Shown here: one piece after another, positions 8,905 through 19,762 of the stretch
Numbering within the stretch: the stretch's first letter is position 1
Layout of the letters: each line of letters starts with the position of its first letter
Source: a candidate division WOR-3 bacterium
Lineage (GTDB): Bacteria; Hydrothermota; Hydrothermia; Hydrothermales; Hydrothermaceae
Direction of reading: 5' to 3'
NCBI GenBank assembly: GCA_039803745.1
Contig: JBDRZD010000021.1
Span: 1-28,733, forward strand
DNA length: 28,733 bases
Made by a program: the position numbers and the translations under genes
Notes under the pieces: model-generated
The model's input: the letters and a program-made list of their open reading frames with translations, nothing else
What the model was told of the DNA's origin: nothing
Database searches by the model: none

Positions 8905-10068
8905 ATGAAAAGTATAAAGGATATTGAAATTAAAGAAGGAGAAAAAATTTTTTTAAGGGTTGATTACAATGTCCCTTTAAAAGAAGGAAAAGTTGCTGAT
9001 GATACAAGAATAAAAAGAACCCTTCCAACAATTGAATATTTGCTTGAAAGAAAGCCAATTTTAATATTATGTTCCCATCTTGGAAGACCAAAGGGAAAGG
9101 TTGTACCAGAACTATCTCTTAAGCCTGTTGCAGAAAGACTATCAGAAATACTAAATAAAGAAGTTCATTTTTCAGAAGAAATAGTTGGAGAAAATGTAAT
9201 TAAAAAAATTAATTCTTTAAAACCGGGAGAAATAATTCTTTTAGAAAATATAAGATTCCATCCCGGCGAAACAAAAGATGATGAAGAGTTTGCAAAAGAA
9301 TTGAGAAAACTTGCTGATACATATGTAAATGATGCTTTTGGGGCATGTCATAGAAAACATACAAGTGTGCACTCCCTTGCAAAATTCTTTGAAAAAAAAG
9401 CAGCAGGTTTTTTACTTTTTGAGGAAACAAAAAATTTAAGAAGAGTAAGGGAAAATCCTGAAAGACCAGCAATTGCTATTTTAGGAGGTGCAAAGATTGA
9501 TGACAAAATAGGAATAATAGAGGGACTTCTTGAGGTTATGGATAAGATTTTAATTGGTGGTGGAATGATGTTTACATTCTGGAAAGCAAAAGGAAAGAAT
9601 ACAGGAAAATCAATATTTACAGAAGAATATGTGGAAAAAGCAAAGGAACTCCTTAAAAACGAGAAAATTATTGTTGCAGAAGATGCTCTTTGCGCTGAAA
9701 ATCTTGAAAGTGAAGAGGTAAAGAACTTAGAAGAGATACCTGAAAATATGGCAGGATACGATATTGGAGAAAAATCTATAGAAAGGTTTAAGAATGAGAT
9801 AAAAAATGCAAAAACAATTTTCTGGAACGGTCCAATGGGTGTTTTTGAAAATGAAAAATTTAAAAAAGGCAGTTTTGAAATTGCAAAAATGATTGCAAAG
9901 ATAACAGAAGAAGGCGCATTTTCCCTTGCAGGAGGCGGTGAGACAATATCGGTTATAAAAAATGCAGGAGTAAGAGAAAAATTTTCTTATATTTCTACTG
10001 GGGGAGGTGCTTCTTTAGAATTTATGGAAAAAGGAACCTTACCGGGAATAGAGGCACTGGAAGAATAA
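8905..10068 (+). CDS. pgk: Phosphoglycerate kinase (387 aa)
   Basis: RVDYNVP, SHLGRP, LLENIRF, GGAKIDDK, WNGPMGVFE, STGGGASLE. Start revised to ATG 8905, directly after the gap stop. Confidence 0.97.
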   Translation: MKSIKDIEIKEGEKIFLRVDYNVPLKEGKVADDTRIKRTLPTIEYLLERKPILILCSHLGRPKGKVVPELSLKPVAERLSEILNKEVHFSEEIVGENVIKKINSLKPGEIILLENIRFHPGETKDDEEFAKELRKLADTYVNDAFGACHRKHTSVHSLAKFFEKKAAGFLLFEETKNLRRVRENPERPAIAILGGAKIDDKIGIIEGLLEVMDKILIGGGMMFTFWKAKGKNTGKSIFTEEYVEKAKELLKNEKIIVAEDALCAENLESEEVKNLEEIPENMAGYDIGEKSIERFKNEIKNAKTIFWNGPMGVFENEKFKKGSFEIAKMIAKITEEGAFSLAGGGETISVIKNAGVREKFSYISTGGGASLEFMEKGTLPGIEALEE

Positions 10069-10104
10069 GTTAATTTATCTCTTTTTCCTTTTATAAATAA
10101 GGAC

Positions 10105-10133
10105 TTGAAAAAGGGGAAAGTTTAAAGTATTTT
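10105..10133 (+). promoter_or_regulatory. Putative sigma70 promoter for uvrB (leaderless geometry)
   Basis: TTGAAA-N17-TATTTT, ending 6 nt before ATG 10140. No SD. Confidence 0.5.
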
Positions 10134-10139
10134 TAAAAT

Positions 10140-12206
10140 ATGTTTGAACTTTTAACAGATTTAAAACCAAGAGGTGATCAACCCAAAGCAATAAGAGAAC
10201 TTGTTGAAGGGTTAAAAGAAGGAAGAAAATTTCAAACTCTTTTAGGAGTTACAGGAAGTGGAAAAACTTTCACAATTGCAAATGTAATTAAGGAAATAAA
10301 TAAACCCACATTAATAATTTCCCATAATAAAACCCTTGCGGCTCAGATTTATGGAGAATTAAAGCAACTTTTTCCAAATAATGCAGTTGAATATTTCATA
10401 AGTTATTACGATTATTATCAACCTGAAGCCTATATTCCAGAAACAGATACATATATTGAAAAGGATGCATCAATAAACGACGATATTGAAAGACTAAGGT
10501 TAAGAACAACATCTTCTTTACTTGAAAGGGATGATGTAATAGTTGTTGCATCAGTTTCATGCATATATGGACTTGGAAATATTGAAGAAGTTAAAAAACT
10601 TTATCTTATTTTAAGGGAAGGGGATGTAATTGAAAGGGATATGGTTATTGATAGGCTTGTTGACCTTGCCTATACAAGAAATGATTTTTATCTTGAAAGG
10701 GGGAATTTCAGGGTAAGGGGCGGTGCAATAGAAATTGTTCCTGCTTACGAAGATTATGTAATAAAACTAATTTTTTATGGAAATACTCTTGAAAAGATAT
10801 TAAAGGTGGATAAAATAACAAATAAAGTAATTGAAGAAAAGAAAAAAATTGCAATTCATCCTGCAACCCATTATGTAACAACAAGACCAAGACTTGAAGA
10901 AGCAATAAAATCAATTGAAGAAGAACTTGAACAAAGGGTTATAGAACTTGAAAAACAGGGAAAATATCTTGAAGCACAGAGACTATTAACAAGAACAAGA
11001 TTTGATATAGAAATGCTTAAAGAAATAGGATATTGCCCTGGTATTGAAAACTATTCAAGACACTTAGATGGAAGAAAACCTGGTGAAAGACCGTGCTGTT
11101 TAATAGATTATTTTCCTGAAGAATTTTTACTTGTTCTTGATGAAAGCCATGTAACTGTTCCTCAATTAAAGGCAATGTACAGAGGGGATAGAAAAAGGAA
11201 AGAAATATTGGTTGAATATGGTTTTAGATTGCCTTCTGCTTTGGATAATAGACCTTTAAAATATGAAGAAGTGGAAAGTTTAATAGATCAGTGTATATTT
11301 ATGTCAGCAACACCTTCTCCTTTTGAAATAGAAAAAAGCGGAGGTAAAGTGGTTGAACAGATAATAAGACCAACAGGTCTTGTAGATCCTGAAATAATCA
11401 TAAAGCCAACTAAAAATCAGGTTGATGATTTAATAGAAGAGATAAGAAAAAGAATAGAGAAAAAAGAAAGGGTTCTTGTGACAACATTAACAAAAAGAAT
11501 GTCTGAAGACCTTGCTGAATATTTAAAAATGGCTGGATTTAAAGTTGAATATTTACATTCAGAAATAGAGCCACTTTTAAGAGTAGAAATATTAAGGAAA
11601 TTAAGACTTGGCGAATTTGATGTTATTGTGGGAGTTAACCTTTTAAGAGAGGGACTTGATTTACCAGAAGTTTCTCTTGTTGCTATAATGGATGCAGACA
11701 AAACAGGATTTTTAAGGTCAGAAACAGCATTGATTCAAACAGCAGGAAGAGCGGCAAGGAATGCCTGTGGACAGGTAATTCTATATGCAGACAATATCAC
11801 AGATGCAATAAAAAAGGCAATAGAAGAAACAGAGAGAAGAAGAAAATTACAGATAGAATACAATGAAAAACATGGAATAATTCCTAAAACAATCATAAAG
11901 TCAAAGGAACAAATATTAAAAACAACACTTGTTGCAGATGAAAGAGGTATTGAGGAAAAGGAATTTAAAGATATAGAAGAAGAAGTAAAGGAAATGCAAA
12001 AGAAATTAACAAAGATTGAACTCATTTATTATTTAGAGAATAAAATGAAAGAAATGGCTGAAATTTATGAATTTGAAAAGGCTGCTAAATATAGAGATAT
12101 ATGGATATCATTAAAAAAAGAAGTAGAACCCTTCAAAAAAGGTAAAAAAACAAAAGGTAAAAGTTTTATTCAGAAACTCAAGTCAACAAGAAGAAGATTC
12201 TTATAA
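10140..12206 (+). CDS. uvrB: Excinuclease ABC subunit B
   Basis: GDQPKAI, GVTGSGKT, YYDYYQPEAY, DESH, GFRLPSA, NLLREGLDLPEVS, C-terminal UVR motif FEKAAKYRD. Confidence 0.98.
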   Translation: MFELLTDLKPRGDQPKAIRELVEGLKEGRKFQTLLGVTGSGKTFTIANVIKEINKPTLIISHNKTLAAQIYGELKQLFPNNAVEYFISYYDYYQPEAYIPETDTYIEKDASINDDIERLRLRTTSSLLERDDVIVVASVSCIYGLGNIEEVKKLYLILREGDVIERDMVIDRLVDLAYTRNDFYLERGNFRVRGGAIEIVPAYEDYVIKLIFYGNTLEKILKVDKITNKVIEEKKKIAIHPATHYVTTRPRLEEAIKSIEEELEQRVIELEKQGKYLEAQRLLTRTRFDIEMLKEIGYCPGIENYSRHLDGRKPGERPCCLIDYFPEEFLLVLDESHVTVPQLKAMYRGDRKRKEILVEYGFRLPSALDNRPLKYEEVESLIDQCIFMSATPSPFEIEKSGGKVVEQIIRPTGLVDPEIIIKPTKNQVDDLIEEIRKRIEKKERVLVTTLTKRMSEDLAEYLKMAGFKVEYLHSEIEPLLRVEILRKLRLGEFDVIVGVNLLREGLDLPEVSLVAIMDADKTGFLRSETALIQTAGRAARNACGQVILYADNITDAIKKAIEETERRRKLQIEYNEKHGIIPKTIIKSKEQILKTTLVADERGIEEKEFKDIEEEVKEMQKKLTKIELIYYLENKMKEMAEIYEFEKAAKYRDIWISLKKEVEPFKKGKKTKGKSFIQKLKSTRRRFL

Positions 12207-12875
12207 ATTACCTTTTCTTACTTTAAGATTTAAAGGAAGAATTAATCTAAAAACACAACCACTTGAAAGACGCGTATCAACTTCAATATTGCATGCTATA
12301 AATTTTGAAAGCCCTTTAATAATTGGAAGCCCGAGACCAAATCCATTATAAAATCTTTCGTTAAATTGTGTAAAGGGTAAAAATATTTTTTCCTTTATAT
12401 CTCTATTAATTCCTATTCCTGAATCCTCTATCTCAATATAAACATTATATTCATTTTTTTTAAAAGATACCTTTATTTTACCCTGTCCTTTACATGCCCA
12501 TATAGAATTTCTCAAAATTTCTATTAAAATAAATTTTAATATTTCTGGCTCAGAAACAAATGTAAAATCTTCTTGAAGAGAAATTTCAAAATCTATAAAT
12601 TTTATATCCTCAGTATTTTTAATTTCAGAAATAACATTTTGAATAAACTTTTCGGGTTCTATTTCTTTAAATTCTGTAACTACTTTACCTTCAAGAATTT
12701 CAGAGAATATTTCAAGCCTTTTTAAAAAAAATCGCAATTTTTTTTCTCTATTTTCTGAATCAAGTAAATATATTCTTTTTAAAATATTATAAAGGTGTTT
12801 AATGAATAAAGCATAATCAATTTTTTCCTCATAAAAAACATTTTTTATCTCTTTAGGTTTATAAGAGAAAATCAT
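12201..12875 (-). CDS. Small HATPase_c (histidine-kinase-like ATPase) protein
   Basis: N box EILRNS, G1 EDSGIGI, F box IFLPF, G2 GFGLGL. No canonical HisKA H-box. Confidence 0.8.
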   Translation of the reverse strand: MIFSYKPKEIKNVFYEEKIDYALFIKHLYNILKRIYLLDSENREKKLRFFLKRLEIFSEILEGKVVTEFKEIEPEKFIQNVISEIKNTEDIKFIDFEISLQEDFTFVSEPEILKFILIEILRNSIWACKGQGKIKVSFKKNEYNVYIEIEDSGIGINRDIKEKIFLPFTQFNERFYNGFGLGLPIIKGLSKFIACNIEVDTRLSSGCVFRLILPLNLKVRKGNL

Positions 12876-14980
12876 AGGAGTATCTTTATTTTATTACCAA
12901 GTCCCCTTTCAACTTCAATGTTAATTTTAAAACCATGAGTATTGAAAATAAGTCCAATTACAGAAAATAAATCTTCCTTTTTTTCAGATGGCTCCTTCAA
13001 GTTTTCAATTTGAGATTTTGAGAGCCCTACTCCTGTATCAATTATATAAACAAAGTTCCTATCTTTATCTATCTCTAACTCCATTTTGCCGTTTATTCTA
13101 TTACTTTTTAAAAGTTCACTAAAGAGGGAAGCGAAAGCAAAATTCAAAAGAGTTTTATATCCATTTATAAAAATTCTGTCTTTTTTTAAAAAACTCACAG
13201 CTATATTCTTCTTGATTATGTTAGTTTTATTTTTTTCTAAAGCCTCTTTAATCAATTCTTCAAGTTCTATTTCTTCTTTTTTACAGGTGAGAATTTCCTC
13301 TGCTTTTAAGGGTAAAGAAAAAACGCTTTTCAATACCTTTATTTTTACAGGAAGATCCTTCTCAAAAACAAGAACTTTCTCAAATTTATCTTTTTGCTCT
13401 TTAAAATTTATTAAAAAATATAATAAAATATTGAGCTTCTTCATAATAAGAGAATATAAGATATCTTCTTTTACTTCTTTACAAATAAAATATAAACTAC
13501 ATCTGTAAGAATTTAATTCTATACTTTCCTTTAACACAAAATATTTTTTCCACTTGAATTTATTTTCTTTCACATTTAAAATTTCTTCAAAATCACTGAA
13601 TGTAAAGAGCCTGGAAGAGGATAAAAACTTATTAATATTATCTTTTATAACTTCTAACCATACAACATCTTCTACTTCTAAATAAACCTCCTTAATCGAT
13701 TTTGAAAGTAAATCAAAAATCCTTTTTAAATCTTTTTCTTTTAAAATTAAAGGTGAAAGACTTTCTATCGATTCGCTCATTTTTCTGTATTTTTCAAAAT
13801 TTTCTACGCAGAATTTACTCTTAAAAAGGATTTCTTTAAAATTTAATAATAATGAATTTAAAACATCCTGAACAAAAGGAGGAAAATTCTTTAAATTAAT
13901 TAAAATTCTATCAATTTCTTCTTCTTTTATTTCTTTTTTAGCTAAATTCTCAAAAGATTCCAAATTTTTTAAAAAAATATCATTAAACATATTAACAGAA
14001 ATTTCTTTTAATTTTTGTTCAAAAACTTCTTTAAAAAATAAGTGAAAGTCTTTGATATTTAAAGAATAATAAATCTCTCCAAATTTTGTCTCAACTTTAT
14101 TTAAATTTTCAGGAGTTTCAGGGGAAGGTAAAAAAGTATTTTTAAAAAGATAAAATTCTTCACTTAAAAAGGGAAATGAAACTTTTAAATATAAAGAAAA
14201 AGTTCTTCCAATTTCTTCAAATTCTTTTGAAAGATCCCTTGCAAACTCTTTAAAATCTTTATATTCCTTTGAATAAATCTTTTGAAGAAAAATTTCAAAA
14301 GCGTCTAAGAATAAAAGGTTGCTCGGTAAAAATTTTTTAACTATTTCATCTATTTTTTTATCATAGGTGAACAATTTCTTAAAACCCCATATAAGTACAT
14401 TTTCATTATCTTTAAATATTTTAACATATTTTATATTTTTATCTTCCAAAAACTTTTTAATATTATAATTTTTTATAGAATCAACATCAAAAACTCCATC
14501 TTGAACAAAATTTAAGTAAAAAAATTTATTATCTAAAAGTATAGATGAATAAACAATAAAATAAAACGATTCATATTTTTCTCTTAACCATAAGAATAGC
14601 ACATTATCAGGGTAAAGAACTTTAAAAATCTCGCCCAAGGCTTTTGTAGATGCATAAGGCATTTTTATTTTTTCGACACTTTCTTTTAATTTTTCAAAGT
14701 AATACTTCAAACTATAATTTTCAACAAATTCTTTTAAAAGTAATAATTTGTTTTTAATTTTTTCCTCTTCTAATTTTTCTTTAAAAACCAGAATAAAATT
14801 ATCATTTATATTTTTATAAAAATAATCTTCTATATTACCATAGAGAAAAATAGGCATTTCTTCTTTTGTATGAGTCAAAAGTAAATATCTTTTTTCACCC
14901 AAAGTGGTGTATATACCGCAGCAAATTTCAGGGAAAAAATTTTCTAAAATTTCCTTAATTTTTAAAACAAAATCGTTCAT
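12872..14980 (-). CDS. Large hypothetical protein with degenerate C-terminal HATPase_c domain
   Basis: 702-aa ORF with ATGA overlaps at both ends. C-terminal IDTGVGL (G1) and INIEVERGLGNKIKILL. N-box Asn and G2 absent. Confidence 0.65.
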   Translation of the reverse strand: MNDFVLKIKEILENFFPEICCGIYTTLGEKRYLLLTHTKEEMPIFLYGNIEDYFYKNINDNFILVFKEKLEEEKIKNKLLLLKEFVENYSLKYYFEKLKESVEKIKMPYASTKALGEIFKVLYPDNVLFLWLREKYESFYFIVYSSILLDNKFFYLNFVQDGVFDVDSIKNYNIKKFLEDKNIKYVKIFKDNENVLIWGFKKLFTYDKKIDEIVKKFLPSNLLFLDAFEIFLQKIYSKEYKDFKEFARDLSKEFEEIGRTFSLYLKVSFPFLSEEFYLFKNTFLPSPETPENLNKVETKFGEIYYSLNIKDFHLFFKEVFEQKLKEISVNMFNDIFLKNLESFENLAKKEIKEEEIDRILINLKNFPPFVQDVLNSLLLNFKEILFKSKFCVENFEKYRKMSESIESLSPLILKEKDLKRIFDLLSKSIKEVYLEVEDVVWLEVIKDNINKFLSSSRLFTFSDFEEILNVKENKFKWKKYFVLKESIELNSYRCSLYFICKEVKEDILYSLIMKKLNILLYFLINFKEQKDKFEKVLVFEKDLPVKIKVLKSVFSLPLKAEEILTCKKEEIELEELIKEALEKNKTNIIKKNIAVSFLKKDRIFINGYKTLLNFAFASLFSELLKSNRINGKMELEIDKDRNFVYIIDTGVGLSKSQIENLKEPSEKKEDLFSVIGLIFNTHGFKINIEVERGLGNKIKILL

Positions 14981-15834
14981 TTTTCTATGTATTTTATTTC
15001 TTTATAAAATTTTGAAAAATTAGGATTTATCCCGAGCAATTTCCCGATACGCACATTATAATAATAATTAAAATTATCAGGATACTGTATTGGAATAGTA
15101 AGGGGATTTTTCCCCTCCCCTATTTTCCTAACAAATTCATAAACTTTATCCTTATATTTATCTTCATTTACTTCAATTGAAAAAACAAATCCCTGTTCAC
15201 AAAGTGAACGAGAATAACCCATAAGTATTTTTTTTTCTTCTAAGGAAAATCTTATCATATATTTTATGAAAGCAGGAATTGAAGTAATTTCATTGGGAAA
15301 AACCCATATCACATCACATTTTCTTAATTCAGGAAGCGCCTCCGGAATTCCTCCTGGCTTAATCTCCAAGACCTTCAAGAAAATGTTAAAATTTTTAGAT
15401 ATTCTTTCAGCCTCTTCAATATAAGAAAAATTGCTCTTTCCCTCCGGAATAATTGCAATAACCTTTTTATTTGTAAATCCAATAGAACTTAAAAAAGAAA
15501 AAACAACCGAAGCAGGAGGTGTATAAAAAATCCCGGTCATATTTAGAGTCAGGGGGATAAGTGGTTCTTCAATATAAAATAAGACTACTGGAACATTCTC
15601 AAAATTTTTTGGAAAATCAATTAGAAATTTTTTTTCAAAGGTAAAAATAAGAGAAGGGGTAAAATCACTTGTTGAAGAAATGTTAGAACGCGAAATTATT
15701 ATTCTTTCCCCTTTTAAAAAAGAAGTAAATTTTTTTATAATATCCTGATACAATTCTCTTTTATCAGTGATTATTAACACTTCTCCATTTATTAAATAAG
15801 CTGTAATTAATAACACACTTAAAACTTTTTTCAT
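14977..15834 (-). CDS. ABC-type substrate-binding protein (ABC_sub_bind-like)
   Basis: Signal peptide MKKVLSVLLITAYLING. VPVVL, NMTGI, CDVIWV, GFVFSIEV, GKNPLTIPIQYP...YNVRIGKLLGI match the PF04392-type pattern. Confidence 0.7.
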   Translation of the reverse strand: MKKVLSVLLITAYLINGEVLIITDKRELYQDIIKKFTSFLKGERIIISRSNISSTSDFTPSLIFTFEKKFLIDFPKNFENVPVVLFYIEEPLIPLTLNMTGIFYTPPASVVFSFLSSIGFTNKKVIAIIPEGKSNFSYIEEAERISKNFNIFLKVLEIKPGGIPEALPELRKCDVIWVFPNEITSIPAFIKYMIRFSLEEKKILMGYSRSLCEQGFVFSIEVNEDKYKDKVYEFVRKIGEGKNPLTIPIQYPDNFNYYYNVRIGKLLGINPNFSKFYKEIKYIEK

Positions 15835-15844
15835 AAGTAGTTAT

Positions 15845-15873
15845 ATAATAAGTAATTCTAATCAAAAAGTCAA
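15845..15873 (-). promoter_or_regulatory. Putative sigma70 promoter for the SBP/HATPase cassette
   Basis: TTGACT-N17-TATTAT, ending 10 nt before the ATG. No SD. Confidence 0.55.
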
Positions 15874-15891
15874 GTTAAATAATTTAAAAAA

Positions 15892-16149
15892 TTAGCCTAA
15901 GAAATATCTATAAGTTTTAAACGCCATAAGGGTTTGTGTTTTTTCTACATTTTTAACTTTTTGAATTTTTTCAACAATTACTTCACCCAACTGTTCATAT
16001 TTTTCTGTCTCAAGGATGGCAAGTAAATCAAATTCACCAGTTATCATATAAAGCTCTTTTATTTCCTCAATGGCTAAAAGTTCCTTGCTTACTTCAGGTA
16101 GTTTCCCCACATTTACCTTCATTAAAACAAAAGCAGTGTATTTGTTCAT
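15892..16149 (-). CDS. Stand-alone Lrp/AsnC ligand-binding (RAM) domain protein
   Basis: TAFVLMKV...ELYMITGEFDLLAIL...IQKVKNVEKTQTL, 85 aa with no HTH. SD AAGGAGG at 16154-16160. Confidence 0.9.
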   Translation of the reverse strand: MNKYTAFVLMKVNVGKLPEVSKELLAIEEIKELYMITGEFDLLAILETEKYEQLGEVIVEKIQKVKNVEKTQTLMAFKTYRYFLG

Positions 16150-16176
16150 ATTTCCTCCTTTCTTTTAGAAATATTC

Positions 16177-16206
16177 ATTATAAAGAAAGAAATTTTATTT
16201 TTTCAA
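16177..16206 (-). promoter_or_regulatory. Putative sigma70 promoter for the RAM-domain gene
   Basis: TTGAAA-N18-TATAAT on the - strand. A divergent TATAAT for pccB lies at 16223-16228 (+). Confidence 0.55.
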
Positions 16207-16251
16207 TTATATAAGAATCCTTTATAATTAAAAAGTAAAAAGGAGTATAAA

Positions 16252-17802
16252 ATGAAAACAAAAGAAAAAATTAAAGAATTAGAAAGTTTAATTAAAAAAG
16301 CTAATATGGGAGGAGGAAAAGAAAAAATAGAAGAACAGCATAAAAAAGGAAAGTTAACAGCGAGGGAAAGAATTGAATTACTTCTTGACCCGGGAAGCTT
16401 TGAAGAATTTGATAGGTTTGTTACTCACCACTGTTATGATTTTGGAATGGAGAAAAAAAGAATACTGGGAGATGGAGTAATAACAGGATTTGGAAGGATA
16501 AGGGGTAGACCTGTTTTTGTATTTTCTCAGGATTTCACAGTATTTGGGGGGAGCCTTTCCTATCCTTATGCTGAGAAGATATGTAAAATAATGGATCTTG
16601 CCATGCAAAATGGTGTCCCAATAATAGGTTTAAATGATTCGGGTGGAGCAAGGATTCAAGAAGGGGTTGTTTCTCTTGCAGGTTATGCAGAAATATTCTG
16701 GAGAAATGTAATGGCTTCAGGAGTTATTCCACAGATATCAGCAATAATGGGACCTTGTGCTGGTGGAGCAGTCTATTCTCCTGCTTTAACGGATTTTATA
16801 TTTATGGTTGAAAAAACAAGTTATATGTTTATAACAGGGCCAGAGGTAATAAAGGCAGTAACAGGAGAAGTTGTAACTTTTGAAGAACTCGGTGGAGCAA
16901 AGGTTCACGCAGAAATTTCAGGAATAGCCCATTTTACTGCAAAGGATGATTACGAATGTATTGAGAAGATAAAAAAACTTTTTGAATATTTACCATTAAA
17001 TAACCTTGAAGACCCCCCTTACATGGAAACTGATGACCCTGAAGATAGAATATGTGAAGAATTAGACGAAATAATTCCTGATGATCCTGATATTCCCTAT
17101 GATATGAAAAAAGTTATTGAGAGTGTTGTTGATAAAGGAACATTTCTTGAAGTTCATGAAAAATATGCACCTAACATAATTGTGGGATTTGCAAGAATGG
17201 GAGGGAAAGTGGTAGGGATAGTTGCTCAGCAACCCCTTTATCTTGCCGGGGCTCTTGATATTGATGCATCAATAAAAGGGGCAAGATTTGTAAGGTTTTG
17301 TGACGCCTTTAATATACCACTTATAATTTTTGAGGATGTACCCGGATTTTTACCCGGTGTTGAACAGGAACATAGAGGGATAATAAAAAATGGAGCAAAA
17401 CTTTTGTATGCCTTTTCAGAAGCAACTGTTCCAAGAATAACAGTTATAACAAGAAAATCTTATGGCGGTGCTTATTGTGTTATGTCTTCAAAACAAATAA
17501 GAGGAGATATAAATTTTGCTTGGCCTACAGCAGAAATAGCAGTTATGGGACCTGAAGGGGCTGTAAATATAATATTTAGAAAGGAAATAGAAAAAAGTGA
17601 AAATCCACAGGAATTAAGAGAAGAACTTATAAGAGAATACAGGAATAAATTTGCAAATCCTTATGTTGCAGCATCTTATGGATACATTGATGATGTTATT
17701 AAGCCAAGTGAAACAAGGAAAAAAATAATAAAGGCATTAAAAATGCTTGAAAATAAGAGCGCAAGACTGCCCTACAAAAAACACGGAAATATTCCATTAT
17801 GA
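16252..17802 (+). CDS. pccB: Acyl-CoA (propionyl-CoA) carboxylase carboxyltransferase beta subunit
   Basis: [56 protein letters not shown]. Confidence 0.93.
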   Translation: MKTKEKIKELESLIKKANMGGGKEKIEEQHKKGKLTARERIELLLDPGSFEEFDRFVTHHCYDFGMEKKRILGDGVITGFGRIRGRPVFVFSQDFTVFGGSLSYPYAEKICKIMDLAMQNGVPIIGLNDSGGARIQEGVVSLAGYAEIFWRNVMASGVIPQISAIMGPCAGGAVYSPALTDFIFMVEKTSYMFITGPEVIKAVTGEVVTFEELGGAKVHAEISGIAHFTAKDDYECIEKIKKLFEYLPLNNLEDPPYMETDDPEDRICEELDEIIPDDPDIPYDMKKVIESVVDKGTFLEVHEKYAPNIIVGFARMGGKVVGIVAQQPLYLAGALDIDASIKGARFVRFCDAFNIPLIIFEDVPGFLPGVEQEHRGIIKNGAKLLYAFSEATVPRITVITRKSYGGAYCVMSSKQIRGDINFAWPTAEIAVMGPEGAVNIIFRKEIEKSENPQELREELIREYRNKFANPYVAASYGYIDDVIKPSETRKKIIKALKMLENKSARLPYKKHGNIPL

Positions 17803-19280
17803 TTAAAAAAGTTTTAATCGCGAATAGAGGTGAAATTGCAATAAGGATAGCAAAAACTTTAAGGGAAATGGGAGTAAAAACTGTTTCAGTTTATTCTGAT
17901 GCGGATAAAGAATCACTCCATATAAGAAAAACTGATGAAACCTATTATTTAGGTCCTTCAAAACCTTCTGAAAGTTATCTTAACATTGAAAAAATAATTG
18001 AGATAGCAAAAAAATGTAAAGCAGATGCAATACATCCCGGATATGGATTCCTTGCAGAAAATCCAAAGTTCGCAAAAGAATGTGAAAAGAATGGAATAAT
18101 TTTTATAGGACCTTCATCAGAATCATTAGAAAAGAGCGGGGATAAAATATTTGCAAGAAAAGCTGCAAGAGAATGTGGTGTTAATATTATACCTGGAAGT
18201 GAGGTTGGGACAGAAAATTATGAAGAATTTGAAAAAATGGCAGATGAAATTGGCTATCCTTTAATTATAAAAGCAGCACTTGGTGGCGGAGGCAAGGGAA
18301 TGAGGATTGTTGAAAAAAAAGAGGATTTAAAAAGTGCCTTTGAACTTGCAAGAAAAGAAGCCCTTGAGGCATTTGCTGATGGAACTCTATATGTTGAAAA
18401 ATATCTTAAAAATCCAAGGCATATTGAAATTCAAATAATGGGGGATAAATATAAAAATTATATTCACCTCTTTGAAAGAGAATGTTCTATTCAAAGAAGA
18501 CATCAAAAAATTATCGAAGAAGCGCCTTCACCTTTTATGGATGAGAATCTTAGAAAAAATATGAGTGAAGCAGCAATAGAAATAGCAAAAAAGATAGGGT
18601 ATTATAATGCGGGAACAATAGAATTTCTTGTAGATGAGAATAAAAATTTTTATTTCCTTGAAATAAATGCAAGACTTCAAGTAGAGCATCCTGTAACTGA
18701 AATGATAACAGGAAAAGATCTTGTAAGGGCACAAATACAGATAGCAAGTGGCGAAAAAATTCCTTGGAAAAAAGAAGAAATAAATTTAAGGGGACATGCA
18801 ATTGAATGCAGAATCTATGCAGAAGATCCTTTAAATAATTTTGCACCCTCACCCGGCAAGATAGAATTTTTAAGTGAGCCCAAGGGCCCATATGTGAGGG
18901 TTGACTCAGGAATATATGAAGGATGGGAAATCCCTCTTTTTTATGACCCTCTTATTTCCAAATTGATTGTCTGGAGCGAAAAAAGAGAAGAGTCGCTTCA
19001 AAAAATGAGAGAAGCATTAAAAGAGTATATAATTATTGGAGTAAAAACAATAATACCCTTTTTGCTAAAAATAATTCAAAATGAAGATTTTAAAAAGGGG
19101 AATTATCATACAAACTTTTTAAAGGAATTTGATATTGAGGAGGAAGAGGAAAAAGAGGAAAAACTTTTAAAAGTTGCAATTCTTGGGCTTCTTTTGGAAA
19201 ATAAAGGAATGGAGATAAAAACAAAAAAAGAAAGTTATAATGCTTGGAAAATAATAAATAGATTAAGGGGGCTGTATTGA
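17799..19280 (+). CDS. accC: Biotin carboxylase subunit
   Basis: [55 protein letters not shown]. Confidence 0.95.
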   Translation: MIKKVLIANRGEIAIRIAKTLREMGVKTVSVYSDADKESLHIRKTDETYYLGPSKPSESYLNIEKIIEIAKKCKADAIHPGYGFLAENPKFAKECEKNGIIFIGPSSESLEKSGDKIFARKAARECGVNIIPGSEVGTENYEEFEKMADEIGYPLIIKAALGGGGKGMRIVEKKEDLKSAFELARKEALEAFADGTLYVEKYLKNPRHIEIQIMGDKYKNYIHLFERECSIQRRHQKIIEEAPSPFMDENLRKNMSEAAIEIAKKIGYYNAGTIEFLVDENKNFYFLEINARLQVEHPVTEMITGKDLVRAQIQIASGEKIPWKKEEINLRGHAIECRIYAEDPLNNFAPSPGKIEFLSEPKGPYVRVDSGIYEGWEIPLFYDPLISKLIVWSEKREESLQKMREALKEYIIIGVKTIIPFLLKIIQNEDFKKGNYHTNFLKEFDIEEEEEKEEKLLKVAILGLLLENKGMEIKTKKESYNAWKIINRLRGLY

Positions 19281-19762
19281 AAAAACATATATTTGTAAAT
19301 GGAAAAGAATTTGAAATTGAAATTAAAAATGAAGGGAATAAAAATGTATTCATTAATAAAAATAAGAAAATAGAAGCTCAACTGATTGATAAAAAAATAG
19401 AAGGTAAATTATTTGCAATTATAAATAACGAATGTGTTGAATTTTTATTTTTGAGAAAGGGACGAAATAAAAGTTTAATAATATTTGATGGAAAAGAATA
19501 TGAAATTGAGATTGGAGAAAAAAAACATATAGAAGAGAAAGTAAAGGATAATTTTATATATGCTCCTATGCCGGGAATAGTTACAGAAATAAAGGTGAAA
19601 ATAGGAGAAAGAGTAAATAAAGGGACTCCGCTTCTTATAATGGAATCAATGAAAATGCAAATAGAAATTTCCGCACCTTTTGATGGAGAAGTCGAAGAGA
19701 TATATATAAAAGAGAATAGCCCCATTAAAAAAGAAGATAAACTTTTAAAAATGAAAAAATGA
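19277..19762 (+). CDS. accB: Biotin carboxyl carrier protein
   Basis: APMPG...ESMKMQ biotinylation motif. TTG start overlaps the accC stop. Confidence 0.88.
   Translation: MKKHIFVNGKEFEIEIKNEGNKNVFINKNKKIEAQLIDKKIEGKLFAIINNECVEFLFLRKGRNKSLIIFDGKEYEIEIGEKKHIEEKVKDNFIYAPMPGIVTEIKVKIGERVNKGTPLLIMESMKMQIEISAPFDGEVEEIYIKENSPIKKEDKLLKMKK

Noticed and set aside
10076..10120. Possible terminator hairpin after pgk (TCCTT...AAGGA)
   Set aside because: Short AT-rich stem with no following U-tract, and it abuts the predicted uvrB promoter.
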